Shown here: positions 37,517-47,514 of the stretch, one piece after another
Numbering within the stretch: the first letter of the stretch is position 1
Layout: each line of letters starts with the position of its first letter
NCBI GenBank assembly: GCA_964291405.2
Contig: OZ219926.1
Coordinates: 3,168,001 to 3,232,000, forward strand
DNA: 64,000 nt
Source of the DNA: Thermodesulfobacteriota bacterium
Lineage (GTDB): Bacteria; Desulfobacterota; Binatia; Bin18
Direction of reading: 5' to 3'
Notes under the pieces: generated by a model
What the model was told of the DNA's origin: nothing
The model's input: only the letters and a program-made list of their open reading frames with translations
Databases searched by the model: none
Position numbers and translations under genes: made by a program

Positions 37517-38467
37517 TCACGAGAGACTCTGCTCGGCAGCATGGAGGAAACTGGCCGTTCTCGGATCATACATGCGGGAAGTGAGAGTGATCTGAAAACG
37601 TCCCCGTCCGTTCACCTCACCGTGCGGCTCGATCCGATATAGGTGGTAGCGTGAGCGTCGCTGCGGCCGTCGACCGATCGCCGCGGAGGCTGGGACTCCG
37701 ACAACGGGAATCGGTCCCCAGGGTCCGGGGATACTCGCCGTGACTGTGCGGTGAACATGACCGTGCAGAATCAGCTCTGCGCCGGTCTTGGCGAGCACGG
37801 CCCGAAAGTTAGCCGCATCGGTGAGGCGGCGGCGGGCCGATATGGCGATGGGTTGGGGAGGATGGTGAATGAGCACGACCCGACTCAGGGGCGTGTTTGC
37901 CAACGCGCTGAGAAGCTGCTCAAGTCGATCTAGTTGCCTCTGGCCTATCGTTCCCGAGGCGTAGAAGGGAGCCGTTGCCCGCGCTGTTGAAACACCGATG
38001 AGGGCGATTGGTCCACAGGTCCGAAGGGTTGGAAACTCGGTTGGTGGAAGGTCTGAAGGCAACAGCGCAGGGTCTGACAGCGTATCCGTCGGGATATGAG
38101 AGCGCATGTAGTCGCCCCAATATGTCCACGGAGAAGATTCACTCCGGCGCGTATACGTGTCATGGTTACCTGGGATAAGGGAAACGTGCTGTGGGCCACC
38201 CAATTTTTGCAACCACGGGAGGGAGGCGCAGAACTCGTCTTCGAGCGCAATATTGGTCAGATCGCCGGTAATGACTACATGGTCCGGCCCTTGCATGTGC
38301 AGGTCGCTGACGAGTGCGGCCAAAACTTCGGGGCGATATTCCTTGCGCCGCCGCAGGGACCACGATAAGGCCCCCAAGAAGCGTTTGTTCAGGAAGTCCG
38401 TTGGCCGCCGGACCCGGACCGGTGTGACGTGTAGGTCTGATAAGTGGGCAAGCGTAAAGGCTGGCAT
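37517..38467 (-). CDS. Calcineurin-like metallophosphoesterase
   Basis: HLSDLH, ITGDLTN, PGNHD, IHHPP, LHGHVH. Confidence 0.92.
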   Translation of the reverse strand: MPAFTLAHLSDLHVTPVRVRRPTDFLNKRFLGALSWSLRRRKEYRPEVLAALVSDLHMQGPDHVVITGDLTNIALEDEFCASLPWLQKLGGPQHVSLIPGNHDTYTRRSESSPWTYWGDYMRSHIPTDTLSDPALLPSDLPPTEFPTLRTCGPIALIGVSTARATAPFYASGTIGQRQLDRLEQLLSALANTPLSRVVLIHHPPQPIAISARRRLTDAANFRAVLAKTGAELILHGHVHRTVTASIPGPWGPIPVVGVPASAAIGRRPQRRSRYHLYRIEPHGEVNGRGRFQITLTSRMYDPRTASFLHAAEQSLS

Positions 38468-38648
38468 GGTGTTTGGCTCCGGGCGGCTCTCTTCAACCTA
38501 TACCACCTCCCTGGCATATGATAAGACCGCTCACTGTCAGGTTGTGGTCTAGGCAGAGCCATGGTCGAAAAGAGTAAACGTGCCCTCCAAGTCATACAAA
38601 AAAAGCTGGGTACATTTACTCTTTTACAGCGTGACGAGGAAGAGCGAT

Positions 38649-39875
38649 ATGAAACCGGTGGCGGGAGCCGAGCGTGTTCAGGTGTGGCTTGCCGATTCCA
38701 CAGTTCGTGCTGAGGGCGGTCCCACTGCTCCGGTAGAAGTGTGGGGTCTCTCGCCGGCAGAACGCCTGTGTCGCACCCTCCGCGCCGCGGGTGTGTCTGA
38801 GGCGCAGATTGTGAGGGGTCCCTCCCGTCCTCCTGTTCGCCCTGATAGCCCGCTCCTTGTTTTCCGAACCGATTATGTTTTTGACGAGCGCTTAATCCGA
38901 GCACTGCTTGAGAAGAGTCTTGAGCACGGTGGTGTCCGGAGCTTGGCGCTGGTTGATCCGGATATACCCGCGACGATTGTCGCAGTCGTTACAACAGGGA
39001 GTCAGAAAGAAGTGCTGCTCCCCGGCCTCACTGCTCCGGTGGCTGATGCGCAGCAGGAACGCCTGCCCTGCCGGGTTCCCGCTGACCTTGTTTCTGCCTA
39101 TTCCTCGGCACTGCGCAAATACGACCCTCCCTATCTGCTCCGGGTGGGTGTGGACTCGCTGACTCAGGTTGAAAATCACATGTTTCGTGCGTCGTATAAG
39201 GGTATTACCGACGTGGTCACCAAGTGGGTCTGGCCTCTGCCTGCCCGAGCTGTTACGCGCCTGCTGGCTCGCGCCCATGTTTCTCCCAACATCGTGACCG
39301 GGCTCAGCTGGATACTGGTGAGTGTGGCGACTTTGCTCTTTGTTCAGGGACAATTTGGTCTTGGACTCGTGTGTGCCTGGCTCATGACTTTTTTGGACAC
39401 CGTGGATGGCAAGCTGGCCCGCGTCACCTGCACCTCTAGCCGAATGGGCCATGTGCTGGACCACGGCCTTGACCTCGTCCACCCTCCATTCTGGTATATC
39501 GCCTGGGCGATGGGTTTGACGGGCAGCCTTTCTCCAGCCTTGATCTGGTATGACTCGGTCGTGGCGATTATCATTGGCGGGTATATTCTCGGACGGCTGC
39601 TCGAAGGGCTCTTTCTGCTGGTGTTTCACCTGGAAATTCACTCGTGGCGGCCTATTGATTCGTTTTTTCGGACCATTACCGCACGTCGGAATCCGAATCT
39701 GATTTTACTAACGCTCGGGGTTCTTGCCGGTCGTCCCGACCTGGGTTTCTGGCTCGTTGCGGTTTGGACCGTCTGTTCTCTGGGGTTTCACACGCTACGC
39801 CTGGGTCAGGCTTGTATCCAACGCTGGCGCGGCCGGCCTATTCAGACTTGGCAGGAAGTGGGGACGCTCGCATGA
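38649..39875 (+). CDS. CDP-alcohol phosphotransferase (CpgA-like)
   Basis: SYKGITDVVTKWVWP, VSPNIVT, FLDTVDGKLARVT, GHVLDHGLDLVHPPFWY, ITARRNPN. Confidence 0.9.
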   Translation: MKPVAGAERVQVWLADSTVRAEGGPTAPVEVWGLSPAERLCRTLRAAGVSEAQIVRGPSRPPVRPDSPLLVFRTDYVFDERLIRALLEKSLEHGGVRSLALVDPDIPATIVAVVTTGSQKEVLLPGLTAPVADAQQERLPCRVPADLVSAYSSALRKYDPPYLLRVGVDSLTQVENHMFRASYKGITDVVTKWVWPLPARAVTRLLARAHVSPNIVTGLSWILVSVATLLFVQGQFGLGLVCAWLMTFLDTVDGKLARVTCTSSRMGHVLDHGLDLVHPPFWYIAWAMGLTGSLSPALIWYDSVVAIIIGGYILGRLLEGLFLLVFHLEIHSWRPIDSFFRTITARRNPNLILLTLGVLAGRPDLGFWLVAVWTVCSLGFHTLRLGQACIQRWRGRPIQTWQEVGTLA

Positions 39876-39989
39876 GGACAAGTAGGCCGGCGGATCCATC
39901 CTGGCGTAAGTCCTATTGGCCAAGAACGATGCTTGCCAGCTGGGGGCTGCTCGTGAACAAGATGGAACGGTCTGCATTCCGGGGCTTCC

Positions 39990-40973
39990 GTGCGACTGGG
40001 CCTTCTCAGTAATTGCCACGCCGGTCTGAGCCGCGCCTCCCCGACCGCACTCAAGCAGACTCTTGAGGACGCGCCCGAGGTCGTGCATGTGACGACGCGG
40101 TCGAGTGCAGACGTGCCCGAAGCGCTTGCCTGTCTCGCTCGCCAGGGCGTGACCCTCCTTGCTGTGGATGGCGGAGATGGAACGCTGCAACGCGTCTTGA
40201 CCGAAGTCTTGGTCGGCTCAATCTTTGAACCGCTGCCGGCTATTGCGCCTCTGCCTGGTGGACGAACAAACATGAGCGCTGCGGATATTGGCAGTACTGC
40301 TCGGCCGGCTGCCGGCCTGGTTGCATTGATCCGCGCGCTGCGGACCAATACACTTGAGCGGCGAGTGGTGAAGCGGCCAGTGTTGCGCGTCGACTCCGGC
40401 CCAGGCACGAGCCCTCAGTATGGCATGTTTTTTGGTGCGGGTGTTATCCAGCGGGCGCTCGCCTTTAAGCATCAGCTCTATCCCAAACGGCGTTTACAAG
40501 GTGTGTTCGGCGCCGGGCTCTTTTTAGGTGGAGCCATCCTGCGGGTGGCGAGCGGTTCCCCCACCGGAATTTTTGCTCCGGATAATATTGGTCTGGCGTT
40601 CACCCACAAGGCCATGACAAAAGAAACGTCCACAGACCAGCGTGAAACAAAGCCATTTCAACTCGTAATGGCGACCACGCTGACACGGCTCTTCCTGCGC
40701 CTCTGTCCGTTTTGGGGAAACGAGGGCGCACCGCTCCGGTTTACCGCCATCGCGGCCAATGCCGCGCGGAGCCCGGTTGCGGTGTGGAAGGTCTTACGCG
40801 GGCTTCCTCCGCCGCTGTTTGCGCTGGACTCAGGCTATTGTAGCCACAATGTTGAACGCCTGACCCTGCAGATGGACTGCGGTTTCACCATTGATGGCGA
40901 ACTCTTTGAGCCGCAACCCGGTCGGACCCTACATCTTGCGACGGACCACCGACTCCGTTTTATGCGAGCCTAA
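39990..40973 (+). CDS. Diacylglycerol/ceramide kinase family protein (CpgB-like)
   Basis: VDGGDGT, LPGGRTNMSA.D, GMFFGAG, FTIDGE. Confidence 0.88.
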   Translation: MRLGLLSNCHAGLSRASPTALKQTLEDAPEVVHVTTRSSADVPEALACLARQGVTLLAVDGGDGTLQRVLTEVLVGSIFEPLPAIAPLPGGRTNMSAADIGSTARPAAGLVALIRALRTNTLERRVVKRPVLRVDSGPGTSPQYGMFFGAGVIQRALAFKHQLYPKRRLQGVFGAGLFLGGAILRVASGSPTGIFAPDNIGLAFTHKAMTKETSTDQRETKPFQLVMATTLTRLFLRLCPFWGNEGAPLRFTAIAANAARSPVAVWKVLRGLPPPLFALDSGYCSHNVERLTLQMDCGFTIDGELFEPQPGRTLHLATDHRLRFMRA

Positions 40974-40975
40974 GT

Positions 40976-41959
40976 ATGCGAGACGATGTGCAACCGCCGC
41001 TGCCTACCCTGACGGGTCTCTTGGCCCAAGAGTGGACTCAGCCGGCGCCTGAAGCCGTCCAAGTCGTGGCCACGGAAATCCAACAGCTTCATGCCGAGGC
41101 AATCGATGCTGTACTGTTCTACGGCTCCTGCCTCCGCACCCAGCAGACGGCTGATGCCGTACTCGACTTTTACGTTCTCGTCCGCTCGTACCGGTCTTTC
41201 TATAATCGGTCGCTGCTCAGATGGCTGAACGCGCTGCTGCCGCCAAATGTGTTCTATATTGAGGTTAGGCAGGGGTCGCGGACGCTCCGGGCGAAGTATG
41301 CGGTTATCTCGACTGCGGCTTTTGAGCGCGCGGCAACTCCGGCCGTGGTCCCTTCCATTATCTGGGCACGCTTCTGTCAGCCGACTCGGCTGGTGTTTGT
41401 GCGCGGCAAGGAGGTGCAGGACCGTGTCATACACGCTGCAACACAGGCTACGCTCACATTTCTTTCTCGCGTCATTCTCTTTTTTGCGCGGAATGATTTG
41501 AGCCGATCTTTTTCCCTTGCCGACCTCTGGCAGAGGGGGTTTCGAGAAACGTACCGGACTGAGCTACGAACCGAACGGTCGGAAACCATCCGGGCATTAT
41601 ACGCAGCATCACCGGAGCGCTACGACCGTGTCGCGCGGTTGGGGCTCCAACTCCTGGAGCAGCAGGGGAGGTGCGTCTGCCGAGAAAGCGATGGGCGGTG
41701 GGCGGTCGCTCTGCCACGGCGTGCACGCTGGACAGGGAGAGTGAGTTGGGCAGTTCGGGCGACGAGTGCAAAATGTCTGTATGCCGTACGCCTCTTCAAA
41801 ACCGCGCTGACCTTTGACGATTGGCTGCCCTATGTCCTATGGAAACTGGGCAGGCATACCGGGGTGAGGATTGAGCTGTCAGAGCGACAGCGACGCTACC
41901 CACTGCTCTTAGGCTGGCCGGTATTGTTTAAGCTTCTTCGCCAACGTGCTCTTCGTTAA
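40976..41959 (+). CDS. Nucleotidyltransferase-fold protein (CpgC-like)
   Basis: AVLFYGSCLR...VLDFYVLV, LLPPNVFY, WARFCQP, TYRTELRTE, YVLWKL.RHTG. Confidence 0.8.
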   Translation: MRDDVQPPLPTLTGLLAQEWTQPAPEAVQVVATEIQQLHAEAIDAVLFYGSCLRTQQTADAVLDFYVLVRSYRSFYNRSLLRWLNALLPPNVFYIEVRQGSRTLRAKYAVISTAAFERAATPAVVPSIIWARFCQPTRLVFVRGKEVQDRVIHAATQATLTFLSRVILFFARNDLSRSFSLADLWQRGFRETYRTELRTERSETIRALYAASPERYDRVARLGLQLLEQQGRCVCRESDGRWAVALPRRARWTGRVSWAVRATSAKCLYAVRLFKTALTFDDWLPYVLWKLGRHTGVRIELSERQRRYPLLLGWPVLFKLLRQRALR

Positions 41960-43055
41960 GCGGTGCAGAGCGGCGACTCCGGCCCATCCGGTCGACCAGA
42001 CTTCTGATGGCCGAGAGAATGCCGCGTTCCATGGTCTGCTGATAGACACCAGCGGGAGGCAATTCCGCTTGCAATTGACGATGGAGCCGTCCGAGACTGT
42101 GGTAGGGGACGTTGGGTAAGAGGTGGTGGAGCGCGTGATAGCGAAGACCCACAGGGGCAGCAAGAACGGTTAGCATTGGCCAGCCACACATATTGACGGA
42201 ATCGAGCAGTTGCTCGGTCACACTCAACCGCCGTCCGGTATTGTCATACCGATGAGCCGCTAACGTCCGGATTTGGTTCACGATCAACATGCCAAACGTC
42301 ACGACATACCACTGCGCGAGCCAGACACCAGGGATCTGTCCTGCGTACCAGCTTACACCTACCAGCCAGACAACCAGCGCGGCTGCCCATTCCTGGACGA
42401 ACCACTGTGACCGATATTGCTTTCCTGGCAGAGGGCGGCGATACGCCGGATTGATCACCAGGGTGGAAGCCCGCTGAATAACGATCTTTCGCAATGGGGG
42501 AACAACAAACGAAAGAGGACCGATGATCCCCCATCGCAGTGGCAACAAGATGGGCACAACGCAGACGCTCAGAACAAACCGGACCAGACCGAGAGGTGTG
42601 CCGTGAACGAGCGGCGCATACTCGGGGTCGTCGGCTGTCCCGAAGGTATGAGGTCGGTGATGATCTCCATGTGAGCCCACATACATGAGACTGGGAAGCA
42701 TGAAAGGCAGACCGATCAAGGCGTGCCAGGCGTATTCAAAACCAGGCAGGCTGCCCCGCTTCTGGTGGGCCATTTCATGAATGAATAAGGCGGCGCGGAG
42801 AAGGGCGAGGAGAGCAGTACTCGTCGTCGCGAGATAGGCCAGAGAACCGAATGGTTGCTGGATACTCAACCAAAAGGCCGTCCAGCCCAGCAGAGAAGAC
42901 AGCAAGAGATCGAGCCAATAGATGTTAGCCTTGGGCCGGAACGCGGAGGCAAAGCGCTTCCGCACCTGCGCAGCGAACTGCTCGTCCGACATCTCGACAA
43001 GAAATTCGTTTTGGGACGCCACAGATAAATGCTCCGATTGTTTGCTCGGCATCAT
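41928..43055 (-). CDS. Membrane fatty acid desaturase
   Basis: Histidine boxes HEMAH, HGDHH, YHALHH; transmembrane segments. Confidence 0.9.
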   Translation of the reverse strand: MMPSKQSEHLSVASQNEFLVEMSDEQFAAQVRKRFASAFRPKANIYWLDLLLSSLLGWTAFWLSIQQPFGSLAYLATTSTALLALLRAALFIHEMAHQKRGSLPGFEYAWHALIGLPFMLPSLMYVGSHGDHHRPHTFGTADDPEYAPLVHGTPLGLVRFVLSVCVVPILLPLRWGIIGPLSFVVPPLRKIVIQRASTLVINPAYRRPLPGKQYRSQWFVQEWAAALVVWLVGVSWYAGQIPGVWLAQWYVVTFGMLIVNQIRTLAAHRYDNTGRRLSVTEQLLDSVNMCGWPMLTVLAAPVGLRYHALHHLLPNVPYHSLGRLHRQLQAELPPAGVYQQTMERGILSAIRSLVDRMGRSRRSAPLNEEHVGEEA

Positions 43056-43270
43056 ATAGGAGCCTCTATAAGAGCGACCAGAACAGCGTTGTCAAGGGAG
43101 TGTTGTTAAACGATAGAAAGGTATTTTTAGAAACAGTGTTATTATTAATAAAACCCCATGTTAGCTATGTTACCCCTTGGTTAAATGGGGGAAATCTGTT
43201 ATCTAGCGTCCGACTTTACGTGATTCGAGCTACTGTGAGTACCCGGGGAATAACACCACGTGTCCCGCTG

Positions 43271-44269
43271 GTGAAGGCAGGCACCCGTGTCCTTGTGACC
43301 GGAGGAACTGGCTTTATTGGCTCGCACCTTGTTGATGCGCTCATCGAACACGGTGTCCAGCCGCGCGTGCTCGTTCGCCCGGCGAGTGATATTGCGCGAC
43401 TCGCCCGTGATCAGGCTGACAAGGTCGAACTGGTCACGGGCGCGCTTGAAGACCAACATAGTCTGACGCAAGCGGTCTCTCAAGTCGACACCGTCTTTCA
43501 TCTCGCAGCAGTGACAAAAGCCTGCACCGAGGAGGAGTATCTGCGCGCGAATGCTGAGGGAACGCAGAGGCTTGTTCAGGCTATGCGGGCCGCGCAGCCG
43601 CGCCCGCGACGACTGATCTATCTGAGTTCACTCGCGGCGGCGGGTCCGGCACGAGACGGGCGGCCGGTTGAACCGCGCGACGAGCCACACCCGCTTACTG
43701 CCTATGGGCGGAGTAAGCTCATCGGAGAACAGGCCTGCTGCGCTGCGTCCGACGCCTTCGGGGTTGTTATGCTTCGCGCGCCGGTGGTCTACGGCCCACG
43801 GGAGAAAGACTTCTTTTTGCTCTTCCGTCTTGCGGCCCGTGGTGTTTTGCCGCTGCCAGCAGGCCCGGAGAGCGTTGTGCAACTCGTCCACGTCACCGAT
43901 CTCGTCCAGGCGATGCTCCGCGCAGCTACCATGCCAGACGCTCGTGGGCTCTATCATGTGGCCGAATCACGCTCCTATAGCTGGAGCGAAATTGCCACGT
44001 GCATAAGCCGGGCCGTTGGGCGTTCCGTCCATATGGTTCGTATCCCACGGTTTCTCGTACAGATGGCGGCAACGGTGAGCGAAGGAGGAGCCGCCGCCAT
44101 CGGGCGAACAACGATATTCAATCGCGAAAAAGTCAAGGAACTACTTGCTCCCGGTTGGCTGTGCGAAACCACGCTGGCCAAGCAGGAGTTGGGATTTGAG
44201 GCGCAGGTTCCGCTGGCAACCGGATGTGTTGAAACCGCAGCATGGTATAGACAACAGACATGGTTATAG
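43271..44269 (+). CDS. NAD-dependent epimerase/dehydratase family, probable ceramide reductase (CerR-like)
   Basis: VTGGTGFIG, HLAA, YLSSLAA, YGRSK, VYGPRE; immediately upstream of spt. Confidence 0.8.
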   Translation: MKAGTRVLVTGGTGFIGSHLVDALIEHGVQPRVLVRPASDIARLARDQADKVELVTGALEDQHSLTQAVSQVDTVFHLAAVTKACTEEEYLRANAEGTQRLVQAMRAAQPRPRRLIYLSSLAAAGPARDGRPVEPRDEPHPLTAYGRSKLIGEQACCAASDAFGVVMLRAPVVYGPREKDFFLLFRLAARGVLPLPAGPESVVQLVHVTDLVQAMLRAATMPDARGLYHVAESRSYSWSEIATCISRAVGRSVHMVRIPRFLVQMAATVSEGGAAAIGRTTIFNREKVKELLAPGWLCETTLAKQELGFEAQVPLATGCVETAAWYRQQTWL

Positions 44270-44363
44270 CAAACACCGTCATGAGGGAGACTGTGATAAA
44301 ACCGGAACCGCGACAGGCCACCCACACCGACAATCGGGGATGTCAGGCAGAGAGGGGAACGGG

Positions 44364-45557
44364 ATGAACCTTTTCGAGAAATGCACTCGTTTTACCCGTG
44401 CTCGAGAGGCTCAGGCGACTGGGTATTATCCGTTTTTTACACCAATAGAATCATCTGAAGGAACTGAGGTTATGGTGCGAGGGGAGTCCAAGGTGATGAT
44501 GGGCTCCAATAACTATCTCGGCCTCACCCATCACCCCAAGGTGTTGGCGGCAGCCGAGGCCGCTCTCAGACGCTATGGCAGTGGGTGTACCGGCAGTCGT
44601 TTCTTAAACGGGACGTTGGATTTACACGATGAACTCGAAGCACGCTTAGCCTGTTTTCTCAACAAAGAGGCCGCACTCGTTTTCAGTACGGGCTATCAGA
44701 CCAATTTAGGTATCCTGGCAACCCTGATCGGAAAAAAGGATTATCTCTATCTGGATAAGCTTGATCACGCCAGCGCGGTAGACGGCTCTCAGCTTGCCCA
44801 CGGGACCGTGCTCCGCTATCCGCATGGGGACCTTGAAACCCTGGAACAGCAGTTGCAGAGGACCCCGCCCAAGGCGGGGAAGCTGATTGTTACTGATGGT
44901 ATTTTTTCCATGGAAGGCGATATTGCCGACCTGCCGAGTTTGGTTGCCCTGGCCGAGCAATACCATGCCGAGATTATGGTTGATGATGCCCATGCCTTTG
45001 GGGTGTTGGGCAAGAACGGTGGGGGGACGGCGCAGCATTTCGGGGTAGAGGACCGGGTCGGTCTTATTATGTCGTCATTCTCCAAGTCTTTGGCCGCGAT
45101 TGGCGGTGTGGTGGCTGGTCCGGAGCCCGTTATTCACTACCTGAAACACCACGCCCGTTCTTTGATTTTTAGCGCCAGCATGCCGCCGCCGTCGGTGGCT
45201 ACGGTGTTAACCGCCCTGCAGATTATTGAAGAAGAGCCCGAGCGACGTGCGGCCTTGTGGCGTAATACCCGCCGCATGCAGGCGGGGCTCAAGAATCTGG
45301 GCTATAATATCGGGACGAGTGATACGCCGGTGATTCCCATTATTGTCGGGGATATGTGGTTAATGGGCATGATCTGGAAGGAATTGTTTGATTCCGGTAT
45401 CTTTACAAATCCGGTTATCCCTCCGGCCGTCCCTGAGAATTCGTGTCGGATTCGGATTTCCATGATGGCAACCCACACCGATGAACAGATCGACTTTGTC
45501 TTAGATGTCTTTGCCCGTATTCGGCCCCACATCCAGGTGGAGAAGGTTGCCGTGTAG
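44364..45557 (+). CDS. spt: Serine palmitoyltransferase (alpha-oxoamine synthase family)
   Basis: GSNNYLGL, GSGCTGSRFLNGT, DGIFSMEGD, VDDAH, SFSKSL (PLP lysine); lies between CerR-like and bCerS-like genes. Confidence 0.85.
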   Translation: MNLFEKCTRFTRAREAQATGYYPFFTPIESSEGTEVMVRGESKVMMGSNNYLGLTHHPKVLAAAEAALRRYGSGCTGSRFLNGTLDLHDELEARLACFLNKEAALVFSTGYQTNLGILATLIGKKDYLYLDKLDHASAVDGSQLAHGTVLRYPHGDLETLEQQLQRTPPKAGKLIVTDGIFSMEGDIADLPSLVALAEQYHAEIMVDDAHAFGVLGKNGGGTAQHFGVEDRVGLIMSSFSKSLAAIGGVVAGPEPVIHYLKHHARSLIFSASMPPPSVATVLTALQIIEEEPERRAALWRNTRRMQAGLKNLGYNIGTSDTPVIPIIVGDMWLMGMIWKELFDSGIFTNPVIPPAVPENSCRIRISMMATHTDEQIDFVLDVFARIRPHIQVEKVAV

Positions 45558-45625
45558 GAGCGGCTTCTCTGTACTGGGTAATGTTTCAGCGAGTGCCGAG
45601 CAGACCCAGCTGTGCCGCACTATAG

Positions 45626-46753
45626 ATGCCCAGAGACGTACGGATAGCCCCGGTCCGTAACCGGCGGGACTTGCGTCATTTCACCCAACTGCCGTGGCAA
45701 CTGTATAGCGACGACTTGGCTTGGGTCCCGCCGCTGCTTTTTGATCTGAAAAAACTCCTCTCTCCAAAAAAGCATCCTTTCCACAGACACGCCGATGTCC
45801 AATATTTTCTTGCCCGCCTGAATGGGCAGATCGTGGGACGGATTGCGGCCATTGTCAATCATCGTCATATCCAGTTTCACAATGAGTCGGTTGGCTTCTT
45901 CGGTTTTTTTGAGAGTATTGACGACCAGGAGGTTGCCCGGGCGTTATTGGCCGCCGCAGAACAGTGGGTCGGTCAGCGCGGAGTGCGGAGCATTCGGGGA
46001 CCGATGAGCTTCTCGACCAACGAGGAATGTGGACTGTTAGTCGATGGTTTCCACGCGGCCCCCATGGTGATGATGCCCCACCATCGTCCCTACTATGCCC
46101 GGCTGCTCCGAATCGCAGGCTATGCCAAGGCCAAGGATTTATTCGCCTATCTCATCGATCTGCGTGAAGATGCGACTATCCCCGAACGGCTTGTGCAGGG
46201 GGTCGAACGCCTACGGAAAAAACAAGCCATCACTATCAGGTCCATCGATCTCCATCGGTTCACAGAAGAAATCCGAGTATTGCACGCCATCTATCATAGG
46301 GCTTGGGCGCAAAACTGGGGCTTCGTGCCAATGACTGAGGCCGAGGTGGACCTGCTTGCCAACACGCTGCGCCTCGTCGCTGATCCCAGGCTTTGTCTTA
46401 TCGCCGAACTGGAGAGCCGACCGGTTGGCTTTGCCCTCGCACTGCCGGACTATAATCAGGCTCTGCGGCACATGAACGGCAGATTATTCCCGTTCGGCTT
46501 CCTCAAGTTTCTGTGGTATCGACGCCGGATTGATGCCCTGCGGATTCTCTTGCTTGGTACCAACCCAGACGTACGTGTGCGTGGCCTTGACGCCATGCTG
46601 TATCTCAAACTCTGGCAAGATGTCCCTGCCTACGGCTATCGTCTCGTAGAATGTTCGTGGATTCTTGAAGATAACTGGGCCATGCAGCGCGGTCTCGAAC
46701 GCATGGGCGCTCAGGTATACAAAACCTATCGGATATTTGAGAAAACGCTGTAG
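45626..46753 (+). CDS. GNAT-fold bacterial ceramide synthase-like protein (bCerS)
   Basis: WVPPL, VGRIAA, GFFGFFES, RGPMSFSTNEECGLLVDGF, W..NWGFVP, LPDYN, SWILEDN, KTYRIF. Confidence 0.85.
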   Translation: MPRDVRIAPVRNRRDLRHFTQLPWQLYSDDLAWVPPLLFDLKKLLSPKKHPFHRHADVQYFLARLNGQIVGRIAAIVNHRHIQFHNESVGFFGFFESIDDQEVARALLAAAEQWVGQRGVRSIRGPMSFSTNEECGLLVDGFHAAPMVMMPHHRPYYARLLRIAGYAKAKDLFAYLIDLREDATIPERLVQGVERLRKKQAITIRSIDLHRFTEEIRVLHAIYHRAWAQNWGFVPMTEAEVDLLANTLRLVADPRLCLIAELESRPVGFALALPDYNQALRHMNGRLFPFGFLKFLWYRRRIDALRILLLGTNPDVRVRGLDAMLYLKLWQDVPAYGYRLVECSWILEDNWAMQRGLERMGAQVYKTYRIFEKTL

Positions 46754-46773
46754 AGCTGAGGGAAGCGCGCCCG

Positions 46774-46800
46774 AGCCGACACCCGGCTCAGGCGTCGGCT
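46774..46800. terminator. Hairpin between convergent genes (possible terminator)
   Basis: AGCCGAC...GTCGGCT inverted repeat. Confidence 0.35.
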
Positions 46801-47381
46801 TACTCCTTATCAGCATTGGCGTCCAGCAGGTGTTGCATCTGGGGGTCGAGCTCGACCCCCAAGCCGTCTGCGAGTCGATTCATAAAATTGAACACACAGG
46901 TGATAAGGACAATATCGACGACATTCTCCTCACTGAAACCGTACTGTTGTAAGAACTCGAGGTCTTCCCGTTTCACCGTCGCCGGAGCGCGGGTTAGCTT
47001 GAGCGCAAAATCGATCATGGCCCGATCCTGTGCTCCGAGCGGGGCGTTCTCCGGGTCGGTCTTCAAGTGCCGAACCAAACTGTGATCGCCCGATTCCATA
47101 CGCAGAAACTCTGCGTGGGAAGAGCGTCAATAATGGCAGTGATTGAGGACGGACACCGAGGTGGCAATCATTTCTTCGCGGACGCGTCCCAGGGTTGACG
47201 CTCCAAACGTGATACCCATATTCATCTGCCACACCCCGAGTAACGCCTCTGGGCGTAGCCCCATACAGGCGATGACATTGGCTATCCGCCCACCGCTCAT
47301 CGGGTGTTGACGGACCTCTTCGTACACTTCAGCCAGCCGTCCGGTTGCCTCGTCTTCTGCAAATGTTGTCACCCACGCCAT
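46800..47381 (-). CDS. AhpD/carboxymuconolactone-decarboxylase-like selenoprotein (CxxU)
   Basis: ORFs 47127..47381 and 46800..47099 share a frame and are joined through TGA 47127-47129: VLNHCHY-U-RSSHAEFLR; 193 aa. Confidence 0.88.
47087..47126 (-). promoter_or_regulatory. Bacterial SECIS-like hairpin
   Basis: Directly after UGA: CGCUC-UUCC-C-ACGCAGA-GUU-UCUGCGU-AU-GGAA-UC-GGGCG; loop G 18 nt from the UGA. Confidence 0.75.
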
Positions 47382-47514
47382 ATCGTCCTCCTTCTTGGCA
47401 ATGCTCTGGTTTATAAAAGAAAGAGACCCTGGCAGAAAGAGACCGCGACAGGACCAATCTCCTTGCCAGATGATATCTGTCCCCCTAGACTGCCAGCCAG
47501 ACAGCGGAGAACAC

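Noticed and set aside
44364-45557. bioF or kbl annotation
   Set aside because: No biotin or tdh genes nearby; flanking CerR-like and bCerS-like genes favour spt
47127-47129. Nonsense pseudogene of AhpD
   Set aside because: The TGA falls on the redox Cys position and is followed by a SECIS-like hairpin and an intact frame
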